Assembly (NCBI GenBank): GCA_030141605.1
Contig: JAQGDQ010002391.1
Coordinates: 120,852-140,272 of the forward strand
DNA: 19,421 bases
Reading direction: 5' to 3'
Source: Tubiluchus corallicola
Taxonomy: Eukaryota; Animalia; Priapulida
Position numbers and translations under genes: made by a program. This document shows, piece by piece, positions 1 through 8,212 of this stretch (positions are counted from its first letter, which is position 1; each line of letters begins with the position of its first letter). The notes beneath the pieces are model-generated. The model was not told where the DNA came from, made no database searches, and saw nothing but the letters and a program-made list of their open reading frames with translations.

Positions 1-14
1 AGTTTTAAAAAAAG

Positions 15-560
15 TTAGGAGCAATCGAAATTCTCTGGATGTTTAGCCGTAACATTTTTATAGTATGAACGTATTTTTTTCATATCTTTCTCTATGTCTC
101 CGGTAGGGTGAAAAGTGTCGAAGAAACCTATATATTTCTTTTTATAATCTACAAAGCCTATGGCTATAGGTACTTTTGCTTTCATTGCTATATGGTAAAA
201 ACCTCGTTTCCATTTGTTAGTTTTTTTGCGTGTGCCTTCTGGGGTAATTACAAGATGAAAAAGTTCTCTCTTATTAAATTCTTCTACAACATTATTTACA
301 AGGTTCTTAGGATTTTTCCTATCTACAGGTATTCCTCCCATCTTTTTTAAAAAGAAAGCAATAGGAAAGAAAAAAAATTCTTTTTTTATAAGAAAACTAC
401 ATTTGGCATTAATGGAAGTGTAGTAAAGACGTCCCCATAAAAAATCCCAACTACTAGTATGAGGTGCTGCTAACAGTATATATTTCTTACCTTGTGGTGG
501 TATAGGGTCTCCTTTCCATCCTACAAGTTTAAATATAATTTTGGCGATAAACTGTATCAT
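15..560 (-). CDS. 1-acyl-sn-glycerol-3-phosphate acyltransferase family protein (PlsC/LPLAT)
   Basis: Catalytic HX4D motif (AAPHTSSWD), GGIPVDR block and TPEGTR motif; 181 aa; 7 bp downstream of the TonB-like gene. Confidence 0.88.
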   Translation of the reverse strand: MIQFIAKIIFKLVGWKGDPIPPQGKKYILLAAPHTSSWDFLWGRLYYTSINAKCSFLIKKEFFFFPIAFFLKKMGGIPVDRKNPKNLVNNVVEEFNKRELFHLVITPEGTRKKTNKWKRGFYHIAMKAKVPIAIGFVDYKKKYIGFFDTFHPTGDIEKDMKKIRSYYKNVTAKHPENFDCS

Positions 561-567
561 TCTCTTA

Positions 568-1293
568 CTATCTTAACTGAAAGTAATAAGTAATATACCC
601 CACCTGCTTATTAGGTGCTTGGAGGTTAGCATTAAACTTAGCTTTTTGTGCAGCTTGTTCAGCAGCTTGCCATAACTGATTATTGGTCGTGGTTGTTCCT
701 CTTTTCCCAGCTATGGTATGAATAACCTTACCTTGGTTATCTACGTGTATTTCCACTACTACTTTTCCCTCCTCATTGGGCGTATACATAGGTTTGGGTA
801 GTTGCTTGGCTATTCTTCCATCCAATGAATAAGATATTCCCTGTGAGAATGCACCTGCTCCCATTTGATTAGAACTGCCTTGTCCATTTGTTTCTATGTT
901 GTTCTGGCTATTAGCAGATTCTTTTAGTGCATTTTCTATCAAGTTATGTGTTTGTTGTTGTTTTTTCTTTTGTCGTTCTCTTTCACGTTTTTCTTCTTGT
1001 TGTCTCTTTTTTTCTTCTTGTTGCTGTTTTTTAAGCTCTTCCATATAAGGCGTTTCTTCGTCGGGTTGTGTAAGGTATTCTTGTTTTGCCTGATTCTGTG
1101 AGGCACTAGCAGATGGCGTACTAGAACTGGCAGAAGGAGTATTTGTTATTCCAAAATCCATTAATATTCCTTCTTCTTCGGGCAATGGCAGTTGTGTTTT
1201 AAATCCTAACAATATAAGTAATACAAATAATCCAATGTGCAACAATATAGCCCCTGTTATTGCTATTCTTTTGTATTTTATAGGATTATTCAT
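568..1293 (-). CDS. TonB/TolA-like energy transducer
   Basis: Single N-terminal TM helix with the conserved His (ITGAILLHIGLFVLLILL), a Ser/Pro-rich then Q/E/K/R-rich linker, and a TonB_C-like domain (EEGKVVVEIHVDNQGKV...GYITYYF). It follows exbB-exbD directly. Confidence 0.85.
   Translation of the reverse strand: MNNPIKYKRIAITGAILLHIGLFVLLILLGFKTQLPLPEEEGILMDFGITNTPSASSSTPSASASQNQAKQEYLTQPDEETPYMEELKKQQQEEKKRQQEEKRERERQKKKQQQTHNLIENALKESANSQNNIETNGQGSSNQMGAGAFSQGISYSLDGRIAKQLPKPMYTPNEEGKVVVEIHVDNQGKVIHTIAGKRGTTTTNNQLWQAAEQAAQKAKFNANLQAPNKQVGYITYYFQLR
988..1023. repeat. Short in-frame direct repeat (21-bp period) in the TonB/TolA linker
   Basis: tttttcttcttgttg occurs at 988-1002 and 1009-1023, encoding QQEEK(KR)/QQEEK(RE). 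Confidence 0.6.
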
Positions 1294-1296
1294 CTA

Positions 1297-1692
1297 TTAT
1301 TTAGGACTAGTTGCTAATATTATTTTAAAATCGTTACGTTTGGCAATATTCATTATTTTCACTATTTCTTCTAATGATAGTCGTTTATCTGCGTGGATAG
1401 AGATATATGTATTAGGCTCATTATTAAGTCTTTTTTTCAATTCTGTTTCTATATTTTGAAAAGAAACTTGCAAGGTTTTATTAATATAGTATTTTTTATC
1501 GTAAGTAATTGAAAGCGTTATAATAGGTTTTGCTGATGTTTGATTTCTACTTTGTGGCAAGTTGAGTTTAAGTGCATTGGGATGTATCAATGTAGAGGTT
1601 ACCATAAAAAATATGAGTAATAAGAATACAATGTCTGTCATAGACGACATACTGAAACTATCGTTTATTTTGTTTCTTGTTTTAAGTGCCAT
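1297..1692 (-). CDS. exbD: Biopolymer transporter ExbD/TolR family protein
   Basis: MSSMTDIVFLLLIFFMVTS TM segment with the essential Asp, LNLPQS, and a periplasmic domain with IHADK; lies between exbB and tonB. Confidence 0.92.
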   Translation of the reverse strand: MALKTRNKINDSFSMSSMTDIVFLLLIFFMVTSTLIHPNALKLNLPQSRNQTSAKPIITLSITYDKKYYINKTLQVSFQNIETELKKRLNNEPNTYISIHADKRLSLEEIVKIMNIAKRNDFKIILATSPK

Positions 1693-1708
1693 TGTATTTA
1701 GATATTAT

Positions 1709-2413
1709 TTATTGTTTAGCAGGTTCATATAACAAATCCATAAATTCAGAAGTACTAGCTTGCATTGTGCGAACTACCTTTTCTATTTTAGCAACAAGTG
1801 TGTTATATGCAAAGTGAGTGAGAATTCCTATGATAAGTCCTGCAACAGTAGTTACCATTGCTGTATATATTCCGTTCGAAAGTAATGAAACATCTATGTT
1901 GTTTCCTGCTTTCGACATATCGTAGAAGGCAATTATCATACCTATTACAGTTCCAAGGAAACCTATCATTGGAGCTGCTCCTGATATGGTAGCAAGCGTA
2001 GGTAGTTTTGTTTCTAACTTTGATATTTCTAAGTTACCTACATTTTCTATTGCAGCATTAATATCGTTGAGAGGCCTTCCTATTCGTGTTATTCCTTTTT
2101 CTATCATTATTGATATTGGGTTTTGTGTGGTTGCACAAAATGCTATGGCTTGGTCTATATTACCTTGTTGTATATACTGCTTTATTTGGTTCATAAACAA
2201 AGTATTGTTCTTTAATGAAATTTGCCGTATAGTGTAGTACCTTTCTATAAAAATATATACGGCAATGACAGATAATAGTAGTAGTGGTATCATTATCCAT
2301 CCACCTTTAAGAGCAAGTTCAAAAAAGGATAATGTTAGTTCCTCTGTTTGTTCTCCTTCTGGAACTTGTATTGATGAGAGGTCATTAGGTATTTGCAGTA
2401 ATATCTGTTTCAT
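1709..2413 (-). CDS. exbB: MotA/TolQ/ExbB proton channel family protein
   Basis: GGWIMIPLLLLS, LATISGAAPMIGFLGTVIGMI and GIYTAMVTTVAGL motifs. Start placed at ATG 2413 (MKQILLQ) rather than the TTG at 2467, which overlaps ychF. Confidence 0.92.
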   Translation of the reverse strand: MKQILLQIPNDLSSIQVPEGEQTEELTLSFFELALKGGWIMIPLLLLSVIAVYIFIERYYTIRQISLKNNTLFMNQIKQYIQQGNIDQAIAFCATTQNPISIMIEKGITRIGRPLNDINAAIENVGNLEISKLETKLPTLATISGAAPMIGFLGTVIGMIIAFYDMSKAGNNIDVSLLSNGIYTAMVTTVAGLIIGILTHFAYNTLVAKIEKVVRTMQASTSEFMDLLYEPAKQ

Positions 2414-2463
2414 TATTTTACTTATTTTTTTAATTATAAAATTATGTAGTTCATATTTTTGCG

Positions 2464-3570
2464 TCAAACATTAAATTTAAAGTGCATAACATCTCCATCT
2501 TGCACGACGTATTCTTTGCCTTCCATATTTATCTTTCCTGCTTCTCTGCAAGCAACTTCCGACCCAAGTGCGATATAATCTTTATATTTTATAACATCGG
2601 CTTTAATAAATCCTCTCTCAAAATCAGTATGTATAACTCCTGCTGCTTGTGGTGCTTTCATCCCTTTGGTAAAAGTCCAAGCTCTTACCTCTTTTTCTCC
2701 TGCTGTAAAATATGTTTGTAGGTTAAGTAGTTTATAAGCTGCTTTTATTAGTTGTGCTACTCCTGACTCTTTTATTCCAAGGTCATCAAGAAACATTTTT
2801 CGTTCTTCATAAGTCTCAAGTTCAGCAATTTCTGCTTCTATTTTTACTGCCACCTGTAGCAGCTGGGCATCTTCGCTTTTAATAGATTTTTTTAGTGCTT
2901 CTACGTATTGATTGTTATTATTTATTGATGCTTCATCTACATTGCAGAGATAAAGTATGGGCTTATTAGTAAGCAAATGGAGGTGAAGGCTCTGGGCTAT
3001 CTCTTGTTCTTCTTTATTCAGTTCTACCGTTCTAGCTGATTTTCCTTGCTCTAAGGTTTGCTGATACTTTTGAAGGATTTGAATTGTTTTTTCAACGGTT
3101 TTATCTTTTCCTGCTTTGTTCTTTTTTTGATGTTTTTGTAGTTGGTTTTCTATGGTCTCTAAGTCTTTTAGTTGTAGTTCAGTATCTATTATTTCTTTAT
3201 CCCTCACAGGGTCAATAGTAGTGTCTATATGTGTTACATTGGAGTCGTCAAAGCACCTCAATACGTGTATTATAGCATCTGTTTCCCTTATGTTGGCAAG
3301 AAATTTGTTTCCTAAGCCTTCTCCCTTGCTTGCTCCTCTTACAAGTCCTGCAATATCTACTATTTCTATAGTGGTAGGAACTACTTTTTGTGGATTAACT
3401 ATTTCTTGTAGTTTTAAGAGGCGCTCATCTGGCACAGTTATTGTGCCTACGTTGGGTTCTATAGTGCAAAAAGGAAAATTAGCTGCCTGTGCCTTCGCAT
3501 TTGATAAACTATTGAACAATGTTGATTTTCCTACATTAGGTAGTCCTACGATTCCACATTGTAGTGCCAT
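2464..3570 (-). CDS. ychF: Redox-regulated ATPase YchF (Obg family)
   Basis: [13 protein letters not shown]-loop, [31 protein letters not shown] and a TGS domain with [17 protein letters not shown]...[15 protein letters not shown]. Confidence 0.98.
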   Translation of the reverse strand: MALQCGIVGLPNVGKSTLFNSLSNAKAQAANFPFCTIEPNVGTITVPDERLLKLQEIVNPQKVVPTTIEIVDIAGLVRGASKGEGLGNKFLANIRETDAIIHVLRCFDDSNVTHIDTTIDPVRDKEIIDTELQLKDLETIENQLQKHQKKNKAGKDKTVEKTIQILQKYQQTLEQGKSARTVELNKEEQEIAQSLHLHLLTNKPILYLCNVDEASINNNNQYVEALKKSIKSEDAQLLQVAVKIEAEIAELETYEERKMFLDDLGIKESGVAQLIKAAYKLLNLQTYFTAGEKEVRAWTFTKGMKAPQAAGVIHTDFERGFIKADVIKYKDYIALGSEVACREAGKINMEGKEYVVQDGDVMHFKFNV

Positions 3571-3584
3571 TTTCTATTATTCCG

Positions 3585-4415
3585 TTATTTTATAATGTTA
3601 TCTCTAATTTGTGTTATCGTAGCTATTAGATTATTTATATTTTTTTGATTAGGTGTTACTTTATCATATTCTTTTTTAATTTTTTGCAGGTCAGCATATA
3701 TTTCTTTTATATTGTGGTCGTCTTTTTTATGTTCAATTAAAGCTATTAGTTTTTCTGAGTTTTCCTTTTGTTTGATAATTATTTCTATTACCTCAGTGTT
3801 ATCTACCACCGACATAGAAATATTAGTAGCAATATACAGTGCCTCTATCCAAGCTCCAGCTACTGTAAGGTAAGCAAGATCTGTTTTTTCCCTTTGATTG
3901 AAAAAGTCGTACGAATCGTAAAATAACTGAGTTACTAATACTACCAATGTTTCTTTTGTTTCTATACTTTCCTCTATTTTTGAGAGGTAGTCTCCTTGTA
4001 GTATTGCAGACATATTAAGTTTTTCTGTCAATTTTTTTGAAGCTTCTAAGTATTTTGTTATTTCTTGTTTTTTGTGGTAAGTAGTTGCATAACTTAGGTC
4101 AGCTGCATACACCCCCAAGTTTAAAGCTTGTTTTTTTGCTGTAATATATTTATCTATATTCTCCGTAGAATTCAAAATAGAAAAAATGTAGCCTGCACCT
4201 ATTCTATTCAACATTTCTGTTACTTCAAAACTTGTGGGAATTGGGTAGGCAAATTCTTTTACTTTATCCTTTATATTTTCCTTTTTCACAATTGGTTTTT
4301 CACCTTCTTGTGTAGTTGAATTATTTTTTTTTGTATTATCTTGGCATGTACAGTTACTAAGTATTGCCGTTACCGCTAATAATAAAAATAATTTCATTGA
4401 AATATTATTTGTCAT
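3585..4415 (-). CDS. Uncharacterised predicted lipoprotein (alpha-helical)
   Basis: 276-aa ORF with signal peptide and lipobox ([15 protein letters not shown]); alternative start at ATG 4397. Motif-like blocks [13 protein letters not shown] and [12 protein letters not shown]. 14 bp upstream of ychF. Confidence 0.8.
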   Translation of the reverse strand: MTNNISMKLFLLLAVTAILSNCTCQDNTKKNNSTTQEGEKPIVKKENIKDKVKEFAYPIPTSFEVTEMLNRIGAGYIFSILNSTENIDKYITAKKQALNLGVYAADLSYATTYHKKQEITKYLEASKKLTEKLNMSAILQGDYLSKIEESIETKETLVVLVTQLFYDSYDFFNQREKTDLAYLTVAGAWIEALYIATNISMSVVDNTEVIEIIIKQKENSEKLIALIEHKKDDHNIKEIYADLQKIKKEYDKVTPNQKNINNLIATITQIRDNIIK

Positions 4416-4484
4416 AATTTAATATTTTAAATTTATAGCATAAGAACGCCATTTATATTAATTATCTTCTTTTTTTGATTGTTA

Positions 4485-4492
4485 CAAAGGTA
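4485..4492 (-). promoter_or_regulatory. Bacteroidota sigma-A -7 promoter element for the lipoprotein-ychF-exbBD-tonB-plsC operon
   Basis: Minus strand reads TACCTTTG(TA), matching the TAnnTTTG consensus, about 70 bp upstream of ATG 4415. No clean -33 TTTG. Confidence 0.6.
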
Positions 4493-4902
4493 ATAACTTT
4501 AATTATAATTTTCTAATGTTTGAAATATTTTTTAGACAATTATATACAATAATACTCAAAAACTTATTTTAGTGCAAATAATACATTATTTCTTTCGTAA
4601 TTAACATAAAGACGGGCATACATTCAAGGAAAAAAAAGATTTTAAACCAATTAAAAACGACACAAAAAAAGCTGTTGTCATAGCTTATAATTGCTCAAAA
4701 ACACTACAAAAAAGGGCTTTATAACCGTATTTTTCTATAAATGCTTATATATTGTTTTTTCGTAAAAAAAACAAAAAGGATGTAGAAAATTAGAAATTTG
4801 ATATATTTGAGCGCTTAATTAGCAAAACCATTAGAAATATATTAGATAATTTAGGATAGCTCTAAAAATAATATCTCTGATTTCTAAAAAAGAAATTTAG
4901 CG

Positions 4903-4910
4903 TAAATTTG
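4903..4910 (+). promoter_or_regulatory. Bacteroidota sigma-A -7 promoter element for lptF/G
   Basis: TAAATTTG(CA) matches TAnnTTTG, 43 bp upstream of the GTG start at 4954. A second match, TATATTTG, lies at 4802-4809. Confidence 0.6.
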
Positions 4911-4953
4911 CATATAATTACTTTTTTAAATTATAAGATTTCAACACAAAAGA

Positions 4954-6036
4954 GTGAAAAAGATTGATTTATACATCATAAAAAAGTTCTTGATTACCTA
5001 TTTCTTTTCTATTTTATTAATTGTTAGTATCTCTGTTATTTTTGATATAACAGAAAAAATCGATGATTTTGTAGAAAAAGAAGCTCCATTAAAAGCTATT
5101 GTCTTTGACTATTATCTGAACTTTATTCCCTATTTTGCTAATCTATTTAGTGCACTATTTGTCTTTATTTCAGTGGTGTTTTTCACGTCTAAGATGGCTT
5201 CTCAAACAGAAATAGTGGCAATACTTAGTGGAGGCGTGAGTTTCAATAGACTATTAGTTCCATATATGATTTCAGCATTTGTCATTTCTGCCTTCTCTTT
5301 TGTTCTTACAGGCTATATTATTCCTCCTGCCAATAAAAAAAGAATTGATTTTGAATATAAATACATTAAAAGCGAGGAAAAGAATCTAAACAAAAACATA
5401 CATATGCAAATTGAGCCAAATCTTATAGCTTATGTTCAACGGTTTGATTTACGCACTAACACTGGGCATCAATTTACTTTAGAGAAATTTGATGAAAATA
5501 AAAATCTGATTTCTAAACTTAGTTCTAAATTATGCAGGTGGGATAGCACTATTGGAAAATGGTACATACATAATTATTTTATTAGAGAGTTTGAAAACAA
5601 CGAAGAAGTCACTATCCAAGAAGGCAAAAAACTAGATACCACTCTCGCTCTACTTCCTAAGGATTTTTCGACAAAATTACATTTCATAGAGGCACTTAAT
5701 AATAATGAACTAAACAACTATATAGTAGAACACAGATTACGTGGTACAGAAAACTTGCTATCCTTACTGGTAGAAAGACATAGACGCTATGCAATGCCTT
5801 TTGCAACTTTTATATTAACCGTTATTGGGCTATCACTTGCCAGCAGAAAAGTAAGAGGTGGCATTGGGCTTCATATAGGCATAGGTATTTCTTTAAGTTT
5901 TGGATTTATCCTATTTCAACAAGTTTCTACTATGTTTGCTATTAAAGGAACTGCTTCTCCATTTATTGCAGTATGGATTCCTAATTTTATTTTCCTCATT
6001 GTCAGTATCTTTTTGTATAGAGCAGCCCCCAAGTAA
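4954..6036 (+). CDS. LptF/LptG (YjgP/YjgQ) family LPS export ABC permease
   Basis: MKKIDLYIIKKFL start, FDITEKIDDF, TEIVAILSGGVSFNRL; three TM, a periplasmic beta domain, then three TM with LASRKVRGG and AVWIPN. GTG start. Confidence 0.93.
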   Translation: MKKIDLYIIKKFLITYFFSILLIVSISVIFDITEKIDDFVEKEAPLKAIVFDYYLNFIPYFANLFSALFVFISVVFFTSKMASQTEIVAILSGGVSFNRLLVPYMISAFVISAFSFVLTGYIIPPANKKRIDFEYKYIKSEEKNLNKNIHMQIEPNLIAYVQRFDLRTNTGHQFTLEKFDENKNLISKLSSKLCRWDSTIGKWYIHNYFIREFENNEEVTIQEGKKLDTTLALLPKDFSTKLHFIEALNNNELNNYIVEHRLRGTENLLSLLVERHRRYAMPFATFILTVIGLSLASRKVRGGIGLHIGIGISLSFGFILFQQVSTMFAIKGTASPFIAVWIPNFIFLIVSIFLYRAAPK

Positions 6037-6059
6037 CAATTTTAGTTTTTCTGACTCAT

Positions 6060-6294
6060 AGCAATAGCAGAAGAAGCATCATAAAAAGGAATATTTTTTA
6101 TCTTTTTTTCTCCGTGCAAAATGGTTCATACGCCCATCCATCTTTGTGCTTTATTAAACACATATCATAAGCATTTATTCATCTGGACTTTCAGTCTTAG
6201 GCATAGTTATTGGGTATTTCCAAAACTGAAAATTATCAACTCCTGTTTTACTTTCAGCTATGACAAAAAATGATTTTCTATCTCCTCCTTCCAC
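6060..6294 (-). pseudogene. Relic of GH130 4-O-beta-D-mannosyl-D-glucose phosphorylase (MGP-type), internal fragment with two frameshifts
   Basis: Manual translation gives VEGGDRKSFFVIAESKTGVDNFQFWKYPITMPKTESPDE* (6294-6175), then after a shift INAYDMCLIKHKDGWAYEPFCTEKKR* (6178-6098), then after a second shift KNIPFYDASSAIA (to 6060). This is collinear with the Bacteroides MGP segment as I recall it: VEGADRKSFFAVAESPNGIDNFRFW..P....[24 protein letters not shown]...GDLSSATA. It sits directly downstream of the symporter. Confidence 0.9.
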
Positions 6295-6364
6295 TAATTT
6301 TAGATTGATTATGAAAAGGATAAAAATGTAATGTTCCCTTATTTATTTTAATTCCTAATTCTTT

Positions 6365-8212
6365 CTAATCAATATTACCATTGTTTTTCTCCAATTTATC
6401 CCACCAATTTTTCTTTAATATCAGAACAGTAATAAGTAGTATAGCAATGGATACAATTAGAGGTAACTCTTGTTTTATTACTATATAAATAGGAATAATG
6501 GTAAGGCTTAGCTGCCAAATGATACCCGTAGTTACATTCACCATATCATTTTTGAAATTCTTATTTCTTTTAAAACTTGGATTTTGTGCAACTACTTTTT
6601 TATGTATAGGCTTCCAAAATCCCCAAGGTTTTATTGTTTTATAAAAATTGATAAGCACTTTTTCTTCTACGGGATTTGTCATATATGTCCCTACAATACA
6701 TCCTACGATGGATACTAACAACAACAAGGGGAAATAGTACAATTCCAGTGTCTGTTTAAATATGAGTGGAAATACAAGAGAGGCAAGTATTCCTGCTGCC
6801 ATTCCCCAAAAATAGCCGTGTCCATTAAATCTCCACCAGTGCCATTTCAAAACATTGGAAGCAATATACCCCCCATACAATGCTGATACTATCCATTGTA
6901 ACACACTGTTTATATTCTGCACAAAAAAACCAAAAATGGTGCTTATTATCACTACTAAAATTGAAATAAGATAACTGGCATAAATGAGTCTTTTACTTTT
7001 TGCTTTAGGGTTTATATATTTCAAATAAATATCATTGACTATATACGCAGGAGATGCATTAACAGTAGAGGCAAAAGTAGACATAAAAGCAGCCAATAGT
7101 CCCGCTAACAATAATCCTTTAAGCCCCACAGGCACAAAACGGTTAATAGCCATTGGGAGTATCTTTTCAAAATCAACATCACTTCCCATAGCATTAAACT
7201 CGCTACTGAAAAAAACCACTGCAAGCACCGTAAAACCAGCTATCATAAAATATCTTGGTAATAGTAAAAATGCTGATACAGAACCACTCATCTTGGCAGC
7301 TTCTCGTGGAGTTTTGGTTGAAAGTATTTTTTGCATATCATAATTAGGGGTAGGACCTGCCATACTTGCAAACACACCTTTGAATAGCATCATCATAAAA
7401 AATATGGTAAAAAGTGAAAAGCCATCACTTTCAATACTGTTATTTACTTGTGGAATAAGGTTTGACCAATCTAAATCCAGATTCCACCCAAAGAAAGGAC
7501 TATCCCAACCATCAGGCACCATAGACATAAGAGTATCGGCATCTACTTGCACCATAGCAATTACCCCAATTACTATTGCTGAAATTGTCATTATGGTAAA
7601 TTGTATTACATCTGTCCAAACAATACTAAACATTCCGCCCAGCATCACATAAAAAGTAGCAATAGATGTAAATACAATCCCGTAGATATGAGGCACATAC
7701 TGAGGTGCTATATCTAAATTTAGGTATTGGTTGACAAACTCCCAAGGAACAAATATTTCTACAAACTTTCCAATCCCTATAAAACCATAGCAAAGAAACC
7801 CTAACACCCCTATAATGGCGAAAAGCACCACTATCCAATGAGATAAAGTAGAGCCAATATTGTTTCCAAATCTTGTTTTTATCCACTCTGCACCTGTGAG
7901 TACATTTGACCTACGAAGCCATATAGCAAGATATATCATAAGAAATATCTGATTGAAAACAGGCCAAAGCCACGGCATCCAAATACTTTTCACCCCATAA
8001 ACAAAAGCAAGATATACCATCCACATTGTTCCTGATATATCAAACATTCCTGATGCGTTGGATAACCCCAACATATACCACGGCAAGCTTTTACCCCCTA
8101 AAAAATATGATTTTATGTTTTTAGCTGCTCTTTTCCTCAATATTAGTCCTATGGCTATGGTTGATAATAAGTATAAAACAATAATTGCTGCATCTGCTAA
8201 GTGTAATTCCAT
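6365..8212 (-). CDS. Sodium:solute symporter (SSS/SLC5-like), likely manno-oligosaccharide/sugar importer
   Basis: 615 aa with many TM helices; SYFLGGKSLPWYMLGLSNASGMFDISGT, GGMFSIVWTDVIQF and GLLLAGLLAAFMST motifs. Substrate is inferred from the GH26/GH130 context. Confidence 0.93.
   Translation of the reverse strand: MELHLADAAIIVLYLLSTIAIGLILRKRAAKNIKSYFLGGKSLPWYMLGLSNASGMFDISGTMWMVYLAFVYGVKSIWMPWLWPVFNQIFLMIYLAIWLRRSNVLTGAEWIKTRFGNNIGSTLSHWIVVLFAIIGVLGFLCYGFIGIGKFVEIFVPWEFVNQYLNLDIAPQYVPHIYGIVFTSIATFYVMLGGMFSIVWTDVIQFTIMTISAIVIGVIAMVQVDADTLMSMVPDGWDSPFFGWNLDLDWSNLIPQVNNSIESDGFSLFTIFFMMMLFKGVFASMAGPTPNYDMQKILSTKTPREAAKMSGSVSAFLLLPRYFMIAGFTVLAVVFFSSEFNAMGSDVDFEKILPMAINRFVPVGLKGLLLAGLLAAFMSTFASTVNASPAYIVNDIYLKYINPKAKSKRLIYASYLISILVVIISTIFGFFVQNINSVLQWIVSALYGGYIASNVLKWHWWRFNGHGYFWGMAAGILASLVFPLIFKQTLELYYFPLLLLVSIVGCIVGTYMTNPVEEKVLINFYKTIKPWGFWKPIHKKVVAQNPSFKRNKNFKNDMVNVTTGIIWQLSLTIIPIYIVIKQELPLIVSIAILLITVLILKKNWWDKLEKNNGNID

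Noticed and set aside
2414-2467. N-terminal extension of ExbB from the TTG at 2467
   Set aside because: AT-rich spacer-like sequence overlapping the ychF stop; ATG 2413 gives a typical family N-terminus.
4611-4724. Open plus-strand stretch DGHTFKEKKDFKPIKNDTKKAVVIAYNCSKTLQKRAL
   Set aside because: No start codon after the upstream in-frame stop and no recognisable similarity; explained by A-rich composition.
4954-6036. LptF/G gene without an adjacent partner or lptB
   Set aside because: Dispersed lpt genes are ordinary in Bacteroidota, so this is not unusual.
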